Shown here: positions 37,635 through 48,959 of the stretch, one piece after another | Layout of the letters: every line of letters begins with the position of its first letter | How positions within the stretch are numbered: position 1 is the stretch's first letter | Source of the DNA: a virus | IMG/VR virus record: IMGVR_UViG_3300045253_000023 | Location: 64,001 to 128,000 of that record | DNA: 64,000 nucleotides | Reading direction: 5' to 3' (one strand) | Program-made: the position numbers and the translations under genes | The notes under the pieces: generated by a model | What the model saw: only the letters and a program-made list of their open reading frames with translations | Database searches by the model: none | What the model was told of the DNA's origin: nothing

Positions 37635-38514
37635 CCCCAAGACATTCACCTATGGCTTCGAAATGGAAGTGGGTGATGTGCCTCGTGCACTGATGATTCC
37701 TTCACATTTGGGAGAGTGGGAACATTCTGAGCGTGACATTGTCAATGAGCGCGAGCCATATCGAGGCATGTGTTCTGATCCAGATGGCATCAATCCACCA
37801 GTCGGCGGCGAGATCAACACCAAACCAACATTGGGATGGCCAGCTCAGGTCAAGCGCATTCTGGACATCAAAGAGTTCTGCGTGCTCTCTGGGCACATGC
37901 CCACTTCACCATTCACAACCCACAATCATCTTCATGTGCATGTCCCTGGGTTGATCGAGGACATTGGAGCACTGCGTCAATTGATGGCATACATCGGCGA
38001 CAACCAACAAACAATGGTTGACAGAGCATACCAGTTCTATGATCTGCCAACTATGAAGTTGGTTCCAAAGATCAAGACCTATTTGCAACATGATGGCGGC
38101 CGAATGTTCCATCCATGGCAGATCAAGAACATCATGTCTGCCACCAACTTCTATGACTTCATTCGCGAACACAGACGCAATCAGCGTGGCACTGTGCTTG
38201 ACCGAGTCTTGCGCAATGCAATCAACACATACTGCTTGAAGTTTGTCAAGACGGTGGAGTTCCGTTGCTTCCGCGCATCATTTGAAGAATCTAAGCTGGA
38301 ATCATGTTTCAAGGTTGTTGAAGCCTTCATGGACAATGCGCTGAATCATCCAGAGCGCAGCATGAATGAGTTCTTCAATGAGACTGAACTTGATTTGCCC
38401 ATGATGACCTTTGATTTGGAACTGGCCCGAGGCTGGGCAGCAACCAAGGTGCCTGATCTGAATGACAACATGGGCACCAGAAAGAATCGCACATATTATG
38501 AGGTGGAACAATGA
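37627..38514 (+). CDS. Amidoligase (COOH-NH2 ligase type)
   Basis: TYGFEMEV, GEINT, HLHVH, TVEFR. Confidence 0.8.
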   Translation: MFDPKTFTYGFEMEVGDVPRALMIPSHLGEWEHSERDIVNEREPYRGMCSDPDGINPPVGGEINTKPTLGWPAQVKRILDIKEFCVLSGHMPTSPFTTHNHLHVHVPGLIEDIGALRQLMAYIGDNQQTMVDRAYQFYDLPTMKLVPKIKTYLQHDGGRMFHPWQIKNIMSATNFYDFIREHRRNQRGTVLDRVLRNAINTYCLKFVKTVEFRCFRASFEESKLESCFKVVEAFMDNALNHPERSMNEFFNETELDLPMMTFDLELARGWAATKVPDLNDNMGTRKNRTYYEVEQ

Positions 38515-39095
38515 AACTTGGTCCAACAACTCGTGAAGCATTTGTCAAGGCTCTTGAGCTCACACATGATCCAAGAGACAAATTTGCCAAGACATTTCTC
38601 CGCAAGGGAGATATGGTTGGTGGTTGGGGAGAATGGACTCTTGGAGCATTCTCTGAAAGTGGTCATCTGATGGGCGCATGCATGTTGTCTGTATCCAAGC
38701 GCGAGCCACATGTGATCAATCTGCAGTTGCTTCATACCTTCGCAATGTATCGTGGTTTTGGTATTGCTTCCAAGCTCATGGCATGGGCAGTGATGTATGG
38801 TTGCGCTGTTGCCAAATACTTCCGTGTGTCATCTGAACCAGAATCCATTGAGTTCTACAAGAAGATTGGATTCTATTTCTGGGGCGAACAGAAGAGTGGT
38901 TGTGCATTGTCGATGTTTCGCTATGAAGCAGATGCCAAGTGCGCATATGATCCACATGACCCAATTATCAGTGCCGCATTGAGCTCCAAGCGTCGCGGTG
39001 GTGTTCATCAGATGTATCCAACAGAGTTTGTGACTCTCTCATACGAGCCATACAATCGCTTCCAGGATGTACCATGTCTGTCGATTACCGTCTGA
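38511..39095 (+). CDS. GNAT acetyltransferase
   Basis: RGFGIASKLM, SIEFYKKIGF. Confidence 0.8.
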   Translation: MKLGPTTREAFVKALELTHDPRDKFAKTFLRKGDMVGGWGEWTLGAFSESGHLMGACMLSVSKREPHVINLQLLHTFAMYRGFGIASKLMAWAVMYGCAVAKYFRVSSEPESIEFYKKIGFYFWGEQKSGCALSMFRYEADAKCAYDPHDPIISAALSSKRRGGVHQMYPTEFVTLSYEPYNRFQDVPCLSITV

Positions 39096-40129
39096 AAGAA
39101 AATCGCAAGCAAGCATTTGTGAAGTGGATGGTGTGGTCAATGCTCTATGAGGATTGCGACCCATCTTTGTTCATGACCAACTACCTGTTTGATCGCTTTG
39201 AAGTCAACTCAGAGCAACGACTCTGGTTGTGCTGGCTGTATGGCACCACGTACTATCTGCCAACAGCCTGGGTTATCTTCAATGAGTTCCCTGACTTTGA
39301 ACTGGTGGATCAGAAGCGTCTTGAAGATTGGAACAATGCCAACTACAAGAGGCTCCGCTATCAGACTGACACCAAGTACAACAAGGGTCATTTGCCTGCT
39401 CAGTTTGCTTCCTATCGCGCATGGATTCATTCCACTGCCAAAACACAGCGCGAGAAGTTCAAACAGTTGACCACAAACAAATGCCCAGAGAAGAACTATC
39501 AACTGGTGTTTGATGAGATCACAGGCAATCTGCACAAGTTCGGCCGATACACTGCATGGTTCTATATCCAGACCCTCAAGCACTGCGCCAAGATCAATGT
39601 TGATGCGCCCAATCTCATCCTTGAGGACTTCTCTGGCAGCAAGAGTCATCGCAATGGTCTCTGCTATGCAACTGGTCATGATGAATGGGTCAACCAGAAG
39701 CTGACCAAGGAACAAACAAACGTTCTCAATGTTGAAGCTGCCAAGATGCTCAAGGAAGTCAATCTGTACATGATGCAGCTGGACTTCACGGAGCAGGCTG
39801 ACTACTTCGCCATGGAGACCTGTTTGTGTTCCTTCAAGAAGCTGTTCCGCAAATCTCGAGGCAGGTATCTTGGATACTACCTTGACAGACAGGCTGAAGA
39901 GATCGCGAAGGTCGAGCAAGATGGTTGGAGCGGCATTTGCTGGAAACCATTATGGGATGCCCGCAATGAAACCATCAAGCGTCCTGAATTGTTGGGCGGT
40001 AATGTGGTGCCAGAGCGAATGGTCCACTTCCTAGACAATGGCTCGCTCGAAAGATTGGACTATCTGTGGCCTGAGGACAAGACCAGCACTGAGACACTCT
40101 CGTTTGATCTAACTAAATTCTCTGTATAA
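39074..40129 (+). CDS. Amino acid:DNA transferase (aGPT-Pplase clade 2-like)
   Basis: W...LYG.TY, FGRYTAWFY, SHRNGL, ETCLCSFKK, RYLGYYLDR. Confidence 0.75.
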   Translation: MSVDYRLKENRKQAFVKWMVWSMLYEDCDPSLFMTNYLFDRFEVNSEQRLWLCWLYGTTYYLPTAWVIFNEFPDFELVDQKRLEDWNNANYKRLRYQTDTKYNKGHLPAQFASYRAWIHSTAKTQREKFKQLTTNKCPEKNYQLVFDEITGNLHKFGRYTAWFYIQTLKHCAKINVDAPNLILEDFSGSKSHRNGLCYATGHDEWVNQKLTKEQTNVLNVEAAKMLKEVNLYMMQLDFTEQADYFAMETCLCSFKKLFRKSRGRYLGYYLDRQAEEIAKVEQDGWSGICWKPLWDARNETIKRPELLGGNVVPERMVHFLDNGSLERLDYLWPEDKTSTETLSFDLTKFSV

Positions 40130-40203
40130 TCAATCACTTATTGTAAGTGTTTGAATGTTTGGAAAATTTAGTGCTTGACTTTTGAGAATGACAGGAGTAG
40201 AAT
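40112..40203 (+). promoter_or_regulatory. Early promoter cassette with inverted IHF-like pair
   Basis: AATCAAtcacTTA / TAAgtgtTTGA, GGAAAATTTAGT, TTGACT-17-TAGAAT. Confidence 0.8.
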
Positions 40204-40233
40204 AGCTTCTGTCAATTGAGAGGAATGTATATC

Positions 40234-40662
40234 ATGTCAGACCGCAAATTGCTCACCATTCGTGAATTTCTCCGTGCCGAATCACAAGGTGCCTTCAAGG
40301 CTAGTGATGTGAGCACGCAATGTGCCGCAGGCTGGTATGACTGGTTCTGCCGCGATCATCTCCTGGTCGACAAGACCGCCAAGCTCACTGGCTTGCTGCG
40401 CTCAATCTGCTTGAGCAAGAAAATCAATCTTGATTCGAGCTATGTGTTTTTCAAGAACAACTGCCCCATGGTCGGCAAGTTGTATGATCAGTTCTCCATC
40501 TGCGATATCGAAACTGGTGATGTGTTGTTCTGTGTGATTCCTTCATGTGGACATACTCGCACCAGCGGCGAAGCCCAGGTCTATGCGCGCTCGAATGGAT
40601 TTGAAGAGCCTGTTGCCAAGGGCAACTGGAATGATGTAGTCGCATACTTCAACGAGGTCTAA
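40234..40662 (+). CDS. Hypothetical protein
   Basis: GWYDWFC...FKNNCP..GKLYD. Confidence 0.7.
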   Translation: MSDRKLLTIREFLRAESQGAFKASDVSTQCAAGWYDWFCRDHLLVDKTAKLTGLLRSICLSKKINLDSSYVFFKNNCPMVGKLYDQFSICDIETGDVLFCVIPSCGHTRTSGEAQVYARSNGFEEPVAKGNWNDVVAYFNEV

Positions 40663-41548
40663 TAGACATGGCCGTTGTCATCCGTCATTGGAAAACACGC
40701 ACACGCCTTCAGCATCGTTCTTTCATCTTGCAGGGTGCGCCATGGGTTTCCTTGTACAACAAGGATGGCAACGTGATGTTCTACGGCACCAAGGCACTGT
40801 TTGATGCATGTGTGCAACGTGGTTTCTTTGAGTTCGAGGAAGTTTGAAATATGAAACATCATTCGACCAATGTGATTTGCAACGTCATTCACTCAAGCGA
40901 CATATTCACTGTGTTTGAAGAAGATGCAGTGATGTTGGCTGACAGGTCGGACCTTGGTCCGCGTTCTGAATCTCAAATCTACGCCGACGCCTGTGATGTT
41001 GGGTTTGGCATTGCGTCAACCAGAACAGGTGAATATGCCTTCTTCTATCGCGATGACACCATTCGCGATTCTGAAGGCGAAGAGATATATTCTGACTATC
41101 TTCCCATCACACAATCAGTGCGTCTATTTCCACGTCTTGCTGCTTGGAAGGTTCGGGTGTTCAATGACTAACTCACATGATGCACTGGTTGGTTTCTCCA
41201 TCATTGCCAAATTGTTCGGGACTGATGAAGACAAAATTGAAACAGCACCTGCTGTTGCATTAGGTCACTATGATACGCAACTCAGAGCCGCATTCGCGTT
41301 CACGCTGTTTCCACGCAATGATTCTGCTCTGGTTGAGTTTCACCTGGAACGACTCAAGAACGAAATTCGCTTGGGGCTGTCCATAGCAATCAAAACCCTT
41401 CGCAACATGGGTATAGACAATGCGCAGTCTCGTTTCCTCAACATGAACAAGCCTCGGCCTGAAGGCACTACTGCGGAACTGGCCCAGAAGCTGGGCATCT
41501 CCAAGAGTGAGGTTCGACGCCGCAAGGCTGCTGGAACACTTTGATTTG

Positions 41549-41593
41549 TTGGAAAATTTAGTGCTTGACTTTTGCTCTCAATGAGAGTAGAAT
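41549..41593 (+). promoter_or_regulatory. Early promoter cassette
   Basis: GGAAAATTTAGT + TTGACT-17-TAGAAT. Confidence 0.8.
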
Positions 41594-42096
41594 AGGCTTG
41601 TCAATCAAAGGAATCATGCTCATGTTTCGTGCCATCCGCAAGTTCTTCTCCAAAACCACATCATATCGCTTTCATTTGATCAGCGGCGCATCAATTGATG
41701 TGCATGATGTTCTGAAGCTGAAGATCGAATGGAACAAAGAAACTCAGCATCTCAATTCATATCATGTGACTCATTCCAATCCGTCGAGCGCGAAATTGTT
41801 TTATCTTCAGGTTGATTCAATCATTGCCATTGAGGAAATCAAGTGAAACCTTCCATTCCTCAGCTCAAAATTTTGGCACATCTGAATCGTTCCACTCAAT
41901 TCGCAGGTCGGGAACCAAATGCAATAGCACTGCGCGCCTGTTTTGAACGTGGTTGGATACGACATTTGATCCCTAAGGGAAGTGCTGATTCTGTACCACA
42001 TATGTATGGAGTTTTCCAGCTGACCAAGAAAGGATTGAATGTTGTGTTTGAACATCGAATGACTCCAGACATCTATTTTTGGTACGAGAAACAAAC

Positions 42097-42543
42097 ATGA
42101 GCAAGAAAATCACCATGCGCAACTTCGACCCCAACAAGGCGAAGTGGATTGTTCTGTGCGTCAACAACATGTACATGAATGGCATTCACAATGGCATTCA
42201 GGCCGCACATGCGGCAATCAAGTTGGTGTACGTCAACGCAATTCATGATCCACGTCTTGGAGCCTGGTGCTGCAATGGTTCTGAAACACTGTGGGTCAAG
42301 CGCGGTGGAATGCAGAAAGCCATGCGTGAGTTTCGTGACCTGTTCATGAAGGCATGTCAGAAACACAAGATTCCGTTGCTGCCAAGCGCATGCTTCTATG
42401 AAGAGGCTGATGCACTGAATGGCACTCTGACTTCAATCGCATTCCTGATCCCTGATCCCGATGATCTGGCAAACTTCCCGAGCGCATACAAGCGTTTCTG
42501 GACTGAACTGGAAACCATCATGCCCAGAGGCTGGGCTTCTTAA
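42097..42543 (+). CDS. Peptidyl-tRNA hydrolase (Pth2)-like protein
   Basis: GIQAAHAA, FYE..ALNG.LTSIA. Confidence 0.55.
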   Translation: MSKKITMRNFDPNKAKWIVLCVNNMYMNGIHNGIQAAHAAIKLVYVNAIHDPRLGAWCCNGSETLWVKRGGMQKAMREFRDLFMKACQKHKIPLLPSACFYEEADALNGTLTSIAFLIPDPDDLANFPSAYKRFWTELETIMPRGWAS

Positions 42544-42573
42544 AAGAAACACACAACCACTGGAGTTTTGATC

Positions 42574-43077
42574 ATGTCGCAAAACAAGATTGACGTTGAG
42601 GAAATACGCCAGTTCATGGCGACTCAACCTGACACGACCAAGGTGTATCTCGGCTGTGACTCGGAGCGATTCAAGTCCAAGGGCAAGTGGTTTGCTGACT
42701 ACATTCTCGCCGTTGTGATCCACATCAATGGTTCCAAGGGCTGCAAGATTTTCGGCGAGATTCAGCGTGAGGCTGATCATGACCAGCGCGTCGACCGTCC
42801 ATTCACTCGAATGATGATGGAAGCGCAAAAGGTTGCTGAGCTGTATCTCTTGCTCCAGGAAGTGTTCTATGATTTTGAAGTTGAAGTCCATCTGGACATC
42901 AACCCAAATCAAAACCATGGTTCCAACTGCGCATTCCAGGCTGCTGTGGGTTACATCAAGGGCATCTGCAATGTGACTCCAATCGCAAAGCCTCATGCAT
43001 TTGCTGCATCTTATGCAGCTGACCGACTGCGTGAACTGGGTCATGTTCAGTACATCGACCAGGTGAAGGTGGCTTAA
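42574..43077 (+). CDS. RNase H-like YkuK-family protein
   Basis: VYLGCDS, RMMMEA, EVHLDIN, KP.AFAASYAAD. Confidence 0.85.
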   Translation: MSQNKIDVEEIRQFMATQPDTTKVYLGCDSERFKSKGKWFADYILAVVIHINGSKGCKIFGEIQREADHDQRVDRPFTRMMMEAQKVAELYLLLQEVFYDFEVEVHLDINPNQNHGSNCAFQAAVGYIKGICNVTPIAKPHAFAASYAADRLRELGHVQYIDQVKVA

Positions 43078-43104
43078 TTTCTCTTTCTCAACAGGAGTGT
43101 TGTT

Positions 43105-43371
43105 ATGAAGCGTTATTTTGTGTTGCAGATCGCTTTGCTTTCTGCTCTCGTTGCCGTCACCTTCACTGGTTGCACCAGCAACAATGATGCTCGAAAGGCA
43201 CTCGATGATCTCGGGTTCAAGGATATCCAGACAGGCGGATATTCAGTGTTTGGTTGTGGCAAGGAATACAGCTTCCATACCAAGTTCACTGCCACGAATC
43301 AGAACGGAAAGATCGTCACTGGCGTTGTTTGCAGTGGCTGGTTGATCGGCACTTCTGTGAAGTTCGATTGA
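43105..43371 (+). CDS. Lipoprotein
   Basis: Signal peptide with FTGC lipobox. Confidence 0.7.
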   Translation: MKRYFVLQIALLSALVAVTFTGCTSNNDARKALDDLGFKDIQTGGYSVFGCGKEYSFHTKFTATNQNGKIVTGVVCSGWLIGTSVKFD

Positions 43372-44087
43372 TGAACGATTTTCACAATCCAGACTTTGTT
43401 CGTGATTTCGTTGTATGGCACGAACAAAGAATGGTTGAACTTGGATATCCTCCCAAAATCTGCGATGAACTTCGCAGATACAGGCACAAGTTCGTTCCTC
43501 CTGCAACTCGAGAAATATCATTGGGATACAACCATGTCATTCACATATCACCCTGACTTCACAGAAGCGATGCGGGATGCCTTCTGCAATGGTGACAAGT
43601 GTCCGCAATGCCTGGGCTCCAATGTCAAGTGCGTTGGAGCCGCTCCTGATGGCATCCGCATGAATCACTTCTTCGACTGCGAGGAATGCGGTGCGCAGTG
43701 GGAAGGCGATTGACAATGCGTGTCCACTTCCATAGGCTCACAAGCAACGTTCTTGTACCCTGTTACCACAGTTGCAAGAACGTCATCTTTTCTGGATCAT
43801 TTTGGATTGGGGTGACTTGTTCATTTCCACTGGAACATTTCTTGTGGGAGAAGGTATGGCCATTCAAACTGCTGACGGCAATCCTCCTGACTCCATAGTT
43901 GTGATGTTGTGTTACAAGTGTCGTGAGCCACTCAAGTCTTTTGTCATGGGCAGCTATGAGGCATGTCCATGCGGTGTTCTTGGATACCTGTCCAATGTGA
44001 TGCCACTGCCTAAAGATCGTTGGTGGCCAATCACTTGGGCTCAGGGATTGGTCGTCTACAAACCAATCAGGGAAACGATTGTCATGA

Positions 44088-44179
44088 ACTAAATTTTCCA
44101 ACGAGTCAATGGCTTAGTGTAAGTCACTGATGATTTGGAAAATTTAGTTCTTGACTTTCTCGGTCAGTGGGAGTAGAAT
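44088..44179 (+). promoter_or_regulatory. Early promoter cassette inside an inverted repeat
   Basis: ACTAAATTTTCCAA...TTGGAAAATTTAGT + TTGACT-17-TAGAAT. Confidence 0.8.
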
Positions 44180-44219
44180 AGGCTCTGTTGTAAAGCTAAA
44201 CCACTTCCGAGGAACACCC

Positions 44220-45674
44220 ATGACCAATTGGTCGCCGCTTCAAGCCAACATCTTCCAGTTTGTGGAAGACCCGAAGGCTGGCAATGCCATCATCAACGCT
44301 GTTGCTGGTTCAGGTAAAACAACCACAATCGTTGAAGCACTCAAGCGCGTCAAGGGTACAAGCATCTTCCTTGCTTTCAACAAAAGCATTGCTGAAGAGC
44401 TCAAGAGTCGCGGTGTGAATGCCCGCACGTTCCATTCCCTCACCTACATGCCTGTGACCAAGTCAAAAGGCACCCACAACGTCGACGTTGACAAGCTCAA
44501 GAAGCTGGTCAAGACGTTGTTCTCGTATGATGAATCGCGCGTCTATGGTCTTTTCTGCCAGAAGTTGGTGGGCCTTGCTCGCCAAGCTGGCTTCGGCTGT
44601 TTGGTCACAGAATCCAAGGCAGCCTGGGAAGACATCATCGACCATTACAATCTCGACCTGGACAATGAAGGCGCGGACATGGACAAGGCCATTGAAATGG
44701 CGTCCTACCTGCTCCAAATGTCCAACAAGTCGTCGCTGGTTGACTTTGATGATCTGCTGTACATTGCAGTCAAAGACAACGTCAGCCTGCCGAAGTATGA
44801 CTTCATCTTTGTTGATGAAGCGCAGGACACCAACGCCATTCAGCGCGCCATCCTGCACAAGATCATGAAGCCGAATTCCCGCATCATTGCGGTCGGTGAT
44901 CCAGCCCAGGCCATCTATGGTTTCCGTGGTGCTGACTCCAACAGCTTGGACCTCATCAAGAGCGAATTCAAGGCTGTTGAACTGCCGCTGAGCATTTCTT
45001 ACCGTTGCCCGAAGTCTGTTGTCAAGTATGCCCAGGAATGGGTCAACCACATCCAGGCGTCAGAGACTGCGCATGAGGGTGAAGTCAAGCACATGAATCA
45101 GTCCTGGACCAACCAGCAGTTTGCCATTGGCGACCTGGTGGTTTGTCGTCGCACTGCGCCACTGATCAAGTTGGCATATAGCTTGCTGCGTGACCGCATT
45201 GGTGTCCAGGTGCTGGGTCGTGACATCGGTGAAGGTCTTAAGTCGCTGGTGCGCATGATGTCAACCAACACCATTGATCGCCTGATCGACAAACTGGACA
45301 AGTATGAAAAGCGCGAAGTCTCCAAGTTCATGCGCAAGGAACAGGAAGCCAAGGCTGAAGCAATCAAGGATCGCGTTTCTGCCATCATGATCCTGATTGA
45401 ATGTCTGGGCGAGAACAATCGCTCGGTTGATGCGCTGATCCGCATCATTGATGAGCTGTTTGCTGACAAGAAGGCTTGCGTCACGCTGTCAACCATCCAC
45501 AAGGCCAAGGGTCTGGAAGCCGACCGCGTGTTCTGGTTGGACTATGATTGGACTGCTACGTGGCCGATGGCAGTGTGGCAGAGACAGCAAGAAAGCAATC
45601 TGTGCTATGTGGCCGTCACACGCGCCAAGCAGGTCTTGCACACTCTGCAAGTCAAAGACACCAAAGCCAAATAA
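44220..45674 (+). CDS. UvrD/Rep-like SF1 helicase
   Basis: AVAGSGKTT, VDEAQD, VGDPAQAIYGFRGA, STIHKAKGLE, YVAVTRA. Confidence 0.93.
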   Translation: MTNWSPLQANIFQFVEDPKAGNAIINAVAGSGKTTTIVEALKRVKGTSIFLAFNKSIAEELKSRGVNARTFHSLTYMPVTKSKGTHNVDVDKLKKLVKTLFSYDESRVYGLFCQKLVGLARQAGFGCLVTESKAAWEDIIDHYNLDLDNEGADMDKAIEMASYLLQMSNKSSLVDFDDLLYIAVKDNVSLPKYDFIFVDEAQDTNAIQRAILHKIMKPNSRIIAVGDPAQAIYGFRGADSNSLDLIKSEFKAVELPLSISYRCPKSVVKYAQEWVNHIQASETAHEGEVKHMNQSWTNQQFAIGDLVVCRRTAPLIKLAYSLLRDRIGVQVLGRDIGEGLKSLVRMMSTNTIDRLIDKLDKYEKREVSKFMRKEQEAKAEAIKDRVSAIMILIECLGENNRSVDALIRIIDELFADKKACVTLSTIHKAKGLEADRVFWLDYDWTATWPMAVWQRQQESNLCYVAVTRAKQVLHTLQVKDTKAK

Positions 45675-45861
45675 TCAAGAGGAATCGTATCATGAGTCGC
45701 TATGTGTATGTTGTGTTCAGAGATTGGAATTACGAGGGATATGAATCTCCTGAAGATGTGTTTGGAACCAAGAAGGCTATGGAAAAGGTCTATCCTGGTA
45801 TTCAAGACGATTCCCATTGTGTTGATGACGGCACTGCTGTTTATTCCAGAATGAAGGTAAA

Positions 45862-46149
45862 ATGAGCTACATTCTCCCAATCGACTATCGAAAGCTGACG
45901 CAGAATGAGCGTCGGCTGGTTCGACTCCAGTACATTGAGCAGCAAGGTGGCAAATGTCACTACTGCAAAGGCTCGCTTGAATTCCAGCCGCCTGAAGAGA
46001 TTCGGATGAAGCCGATTGACTGGTCTTTGTTCCCTGAACTGTTCTTGAAGTATCCTGTTCATCTTCATCACAGCCATGTGACTGGGCTCACCATTGGTGC
46101 CGTCCATGCATATTGCAATGCGGTTCTATGGGTTTATCATGATGAGTAA
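45862..46149 (+). CDS. HNH/endonuclease VII-like protein
   Basis: Q.GKCHYC, VHLHHSH.TG, VHAYCN. Confidence 0.65.
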   Translation: MSYILPIDYRKLTQNERRLVRLQYIEQQGGKCHYCKGSLEFQPPEEIRMKPIDWSLFPELFLKYPVHLHHSHVTGLTIGAVHAYCNAVLWVYHDE

Positions 46150-46216
46150 GTGATTGAACTTTTGGAAAATTTAGTTTAAGAAATCGCTTGACTTTTGCTT
46201 CCAATGGGAGTAGAAT
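46147..46216 (+). promoter_or_regulatory. Early promoter cassette
   Basis: Same cassette, long-spacing variant. Confidence 0.8.
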
Positions 46217-47647
46217 AGTTTCTGTCACTTGAGGAAACACCTACATTATGAGCAACCACATTCAAACCTTCCTTCATCATGCTACCAACTGTGGCAATGA
46301 AGAAGTCGCATTGCACATCACTGCGCTTGAGGGTGATCGCTATCGCGCCGCCATTGTTTCTGCATCCAATCATGAAGACGTGGTCACCATGGAATCTGAT
46401 TGGACCATCAACATGGAAGCAACGCATGCGACCATCGTTGGCGCATTGGCGTGCCTTGATGTTTTGTGTTTTGAAGACCTGTCTTATTCTGGAGCACTCG
46501 AATGAGTTATCCTGGTCCCGTCACTCCTGTTGTTGGTATGGGCGCAACATTGCGCCTTGGTTCTGACGCCTATCCATACACGATCGTCTACGTGTCACCG
46601 AATGGCAAAACCATCCATGTGGTGGCCGATGAGCATGGGCCCAACAAGAAGACATGGCCTGATCAGGACTTCGACTACACTCCTGGCAATGGTCCGCCTG
46701 AGAAGTACAGCTTGCGCAAGAATGGTCGCTATCATGCTGTTGGTTCGGAAATGGCCACCTGGAGCGCGATCCACATCGGCAGCCGTCGCTACTATCAAGA
46801 CCCATCTTTCTGAGGATTTGACATGATTCGCGTCGGAGACACAGTTAAACTTCGCGCACGGGTTCCGCGCAACACAAACATACCTGAAGGTCGACAAGAC
46901 TTCCGCACCGCCAAAGTCATTGCATTCTTGGATACACCATACATTGGTGGCGTCCGCGTTGATCGTGATCTGAATGGTATGGTGTTTTGGAACGTTCAAG
47001 ATTTGGAGAAGGCTAAGTGACACCACGTAGAAAACTCGCTGATCGTATCAAGTTTCTTGATGAGCATAAAGACACCATCGCTCTTGTCATCGGCTTCATT
47101 GCCGCCACTGTTGTTTGGTTTGCCAAAATCATGGGAACAATATGAGCACTCAATCTCTTCGTCCAGTTTCTGTCATCGCTTCTGAAATCTATCAATGCTG
47201 GAAGCCTCGCGTCAACCCAACTGCCGCACCCTATTTGGATGCGATGCTTGATTTGGAAAGCATCAACGACAAATACTTCCTGGACAGTGGCCGCAGTGTT
47301 GTTTCGTACTTCCTGGCCAATGCTTCCTCATTCAAAGGCGAAGATGCTCGACGCATCAAGGCTGAACTCAACCAAATGTTGAAGTAGACAATCATGATCC
47401 GCGAACAGAAATATGTGATCATGGAGCATGAAGGTGTTGAGAAGGTCTTGACCTTCCCTCGACATCAAGAACATGCTGCTACTGCTCATCAACATCCAGG
47501 CACGCCAGTTGCCGCAGGTTTCTTCACATTGGAACTGATGTCAGATAGTTCCATTGAATGCGATGCCTATGGTGAGAGCTATTCACTCAATGGACTCAAG
47601 TCACGCGAAGGTGATGGTGAGTTGATCCTCAAACATATGGGAATGGT

Positions 47648-48571
47648 ATGACAACTGAACTCATGCGCAATCTGGATGACTTAGTGGTTCGCCGCTACGT
47701 CAATCTGCGCGTGAATCCAGAAGGACTGCGCATATACAAGTACAACAAGAATGTGTTCTTCAAGGATGTTTGGAAACAGAATCCATTGTTGCTTGAGGCG
47801 CGCGGCATTGTTCTCGACAAAGAGGGCAACATCGTTTCCTATCCATTCTCCAAGGTTTTCAATGATGGTGAGTGGAACCATACATTTGATCGTGGTGACC
47901 TAGTCTATGCCTCAACCAAGATTGATGGCTTCATGGCTGTGGTCACTTGGCACAATGGCAATTTGTTGGTCACATCCAGCGGCACCTTTGATTCCGACTA
48001 TGTCAGATATGCAAAGGAATGGTTGCAAGGTGAACGCGTGCGCAAGATGTGCGAACATCATCCTTCTACCACATTCATCTTTGAGATCGTGGACTCACGT
48101 ACATCAAAGGTGATTGATGAACATCTTGGAGCCTATCTCGTTGGTGCTCGTGAGAAGGTGCTTGGTTCAGAGCTATATTCTGAACAAAACTTGGATGACA
48201 TCTTTGTTGGTTACATGAAGCACACGTTTCAGTTCTTTCGTCCGAGTTGGAAGCAAGTTCCGTTTGCTTCAATTGTAGATGCTTGCGATCATGTCGATGG
48301 TGAGCATATTGAGGGGTATGTTTGCTACAACAACATTGGTGAATGCGTCAAGATCAAGACCCAATACTATCTTGTCCAGAAGTTCCTGTCGCGTACCAAT
48401 CGCAACATGGATGTCATCTGGACTGATCAAGCCAAGGCAATGAAATCATTGCCATATCATTTTGAGCGCATCATCAAAGAACTGCCTGAATGGCACTCTG
48501 CTGAAGAATGGCGCGCGCTTGATGAGAATGGCAAGTTGGCAACTCTTCGTGACATCCTTTCTGAGGTATAA
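47648..48571 (+). CDS. T4 Rnl1-like RNA ligase
   Basis: EARGIV, YPFSKVFN, KIDGFM, FEI, EGYV, KIKTQYY. Confidence 0.85.
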   Translation: MTTELMRNLDDLVVRRYVNLRVNPEGLRIYKYNKNVFFKDVWKQNPLLLEARGIVLDKEGNIVSYPFSKVFNDGEWNHTFDRGDLVYASTKIDGFMAVVTWHNGNLLVTSSGTFDSDYVRYAKEWLQGERVRKMCEHHPSTTFIFEIVDSRTSKVIDEHLGAYLVGAREKVLGSELYSEQNLDDIFVGYMKHTFQFFRPSWKQVPFASIVDACDHVDGEHIEGYVCYNNIGECVKIKTQYYLVQKFLSRTNRNMDVIWTDQAKAMKSLPYHFERIIKELPEWHSAEEWRALDENGKLATLRDILSEV

Positions 48572-48959
48572 ACACATGTGCTTGTTCTTCCACAACTGGT
48601 ATCGCGGCAAGAATGGTTTTGACACTTGTGCCAATTATGGTATCACTGGACCGCTGCCTGGTGAATTTGCATTTCATCGAACTGATAATGGTGTTTGTGT
48701 GTATCGTCGCGAACGCCATTGTCTTGATTGCGATCGTGTGGATTATGCGGTCTTGTTGCCATATGAACAACACAGCACTCGTGATTTCACTTGGGTCAAC
48801 ATCAACCACTTGTTGACAGATACAACCATTCGTCGTGCTGCGCTCAAGGTTCAGCAAATCAACGACAAGATCAAATATCTACAGGAAATCTTGCCTTTGT
48901 TTGAGAAAATACACAAAGAACGATTGAGTCGCCACATCATTCCGGATATGGAGTAACAC

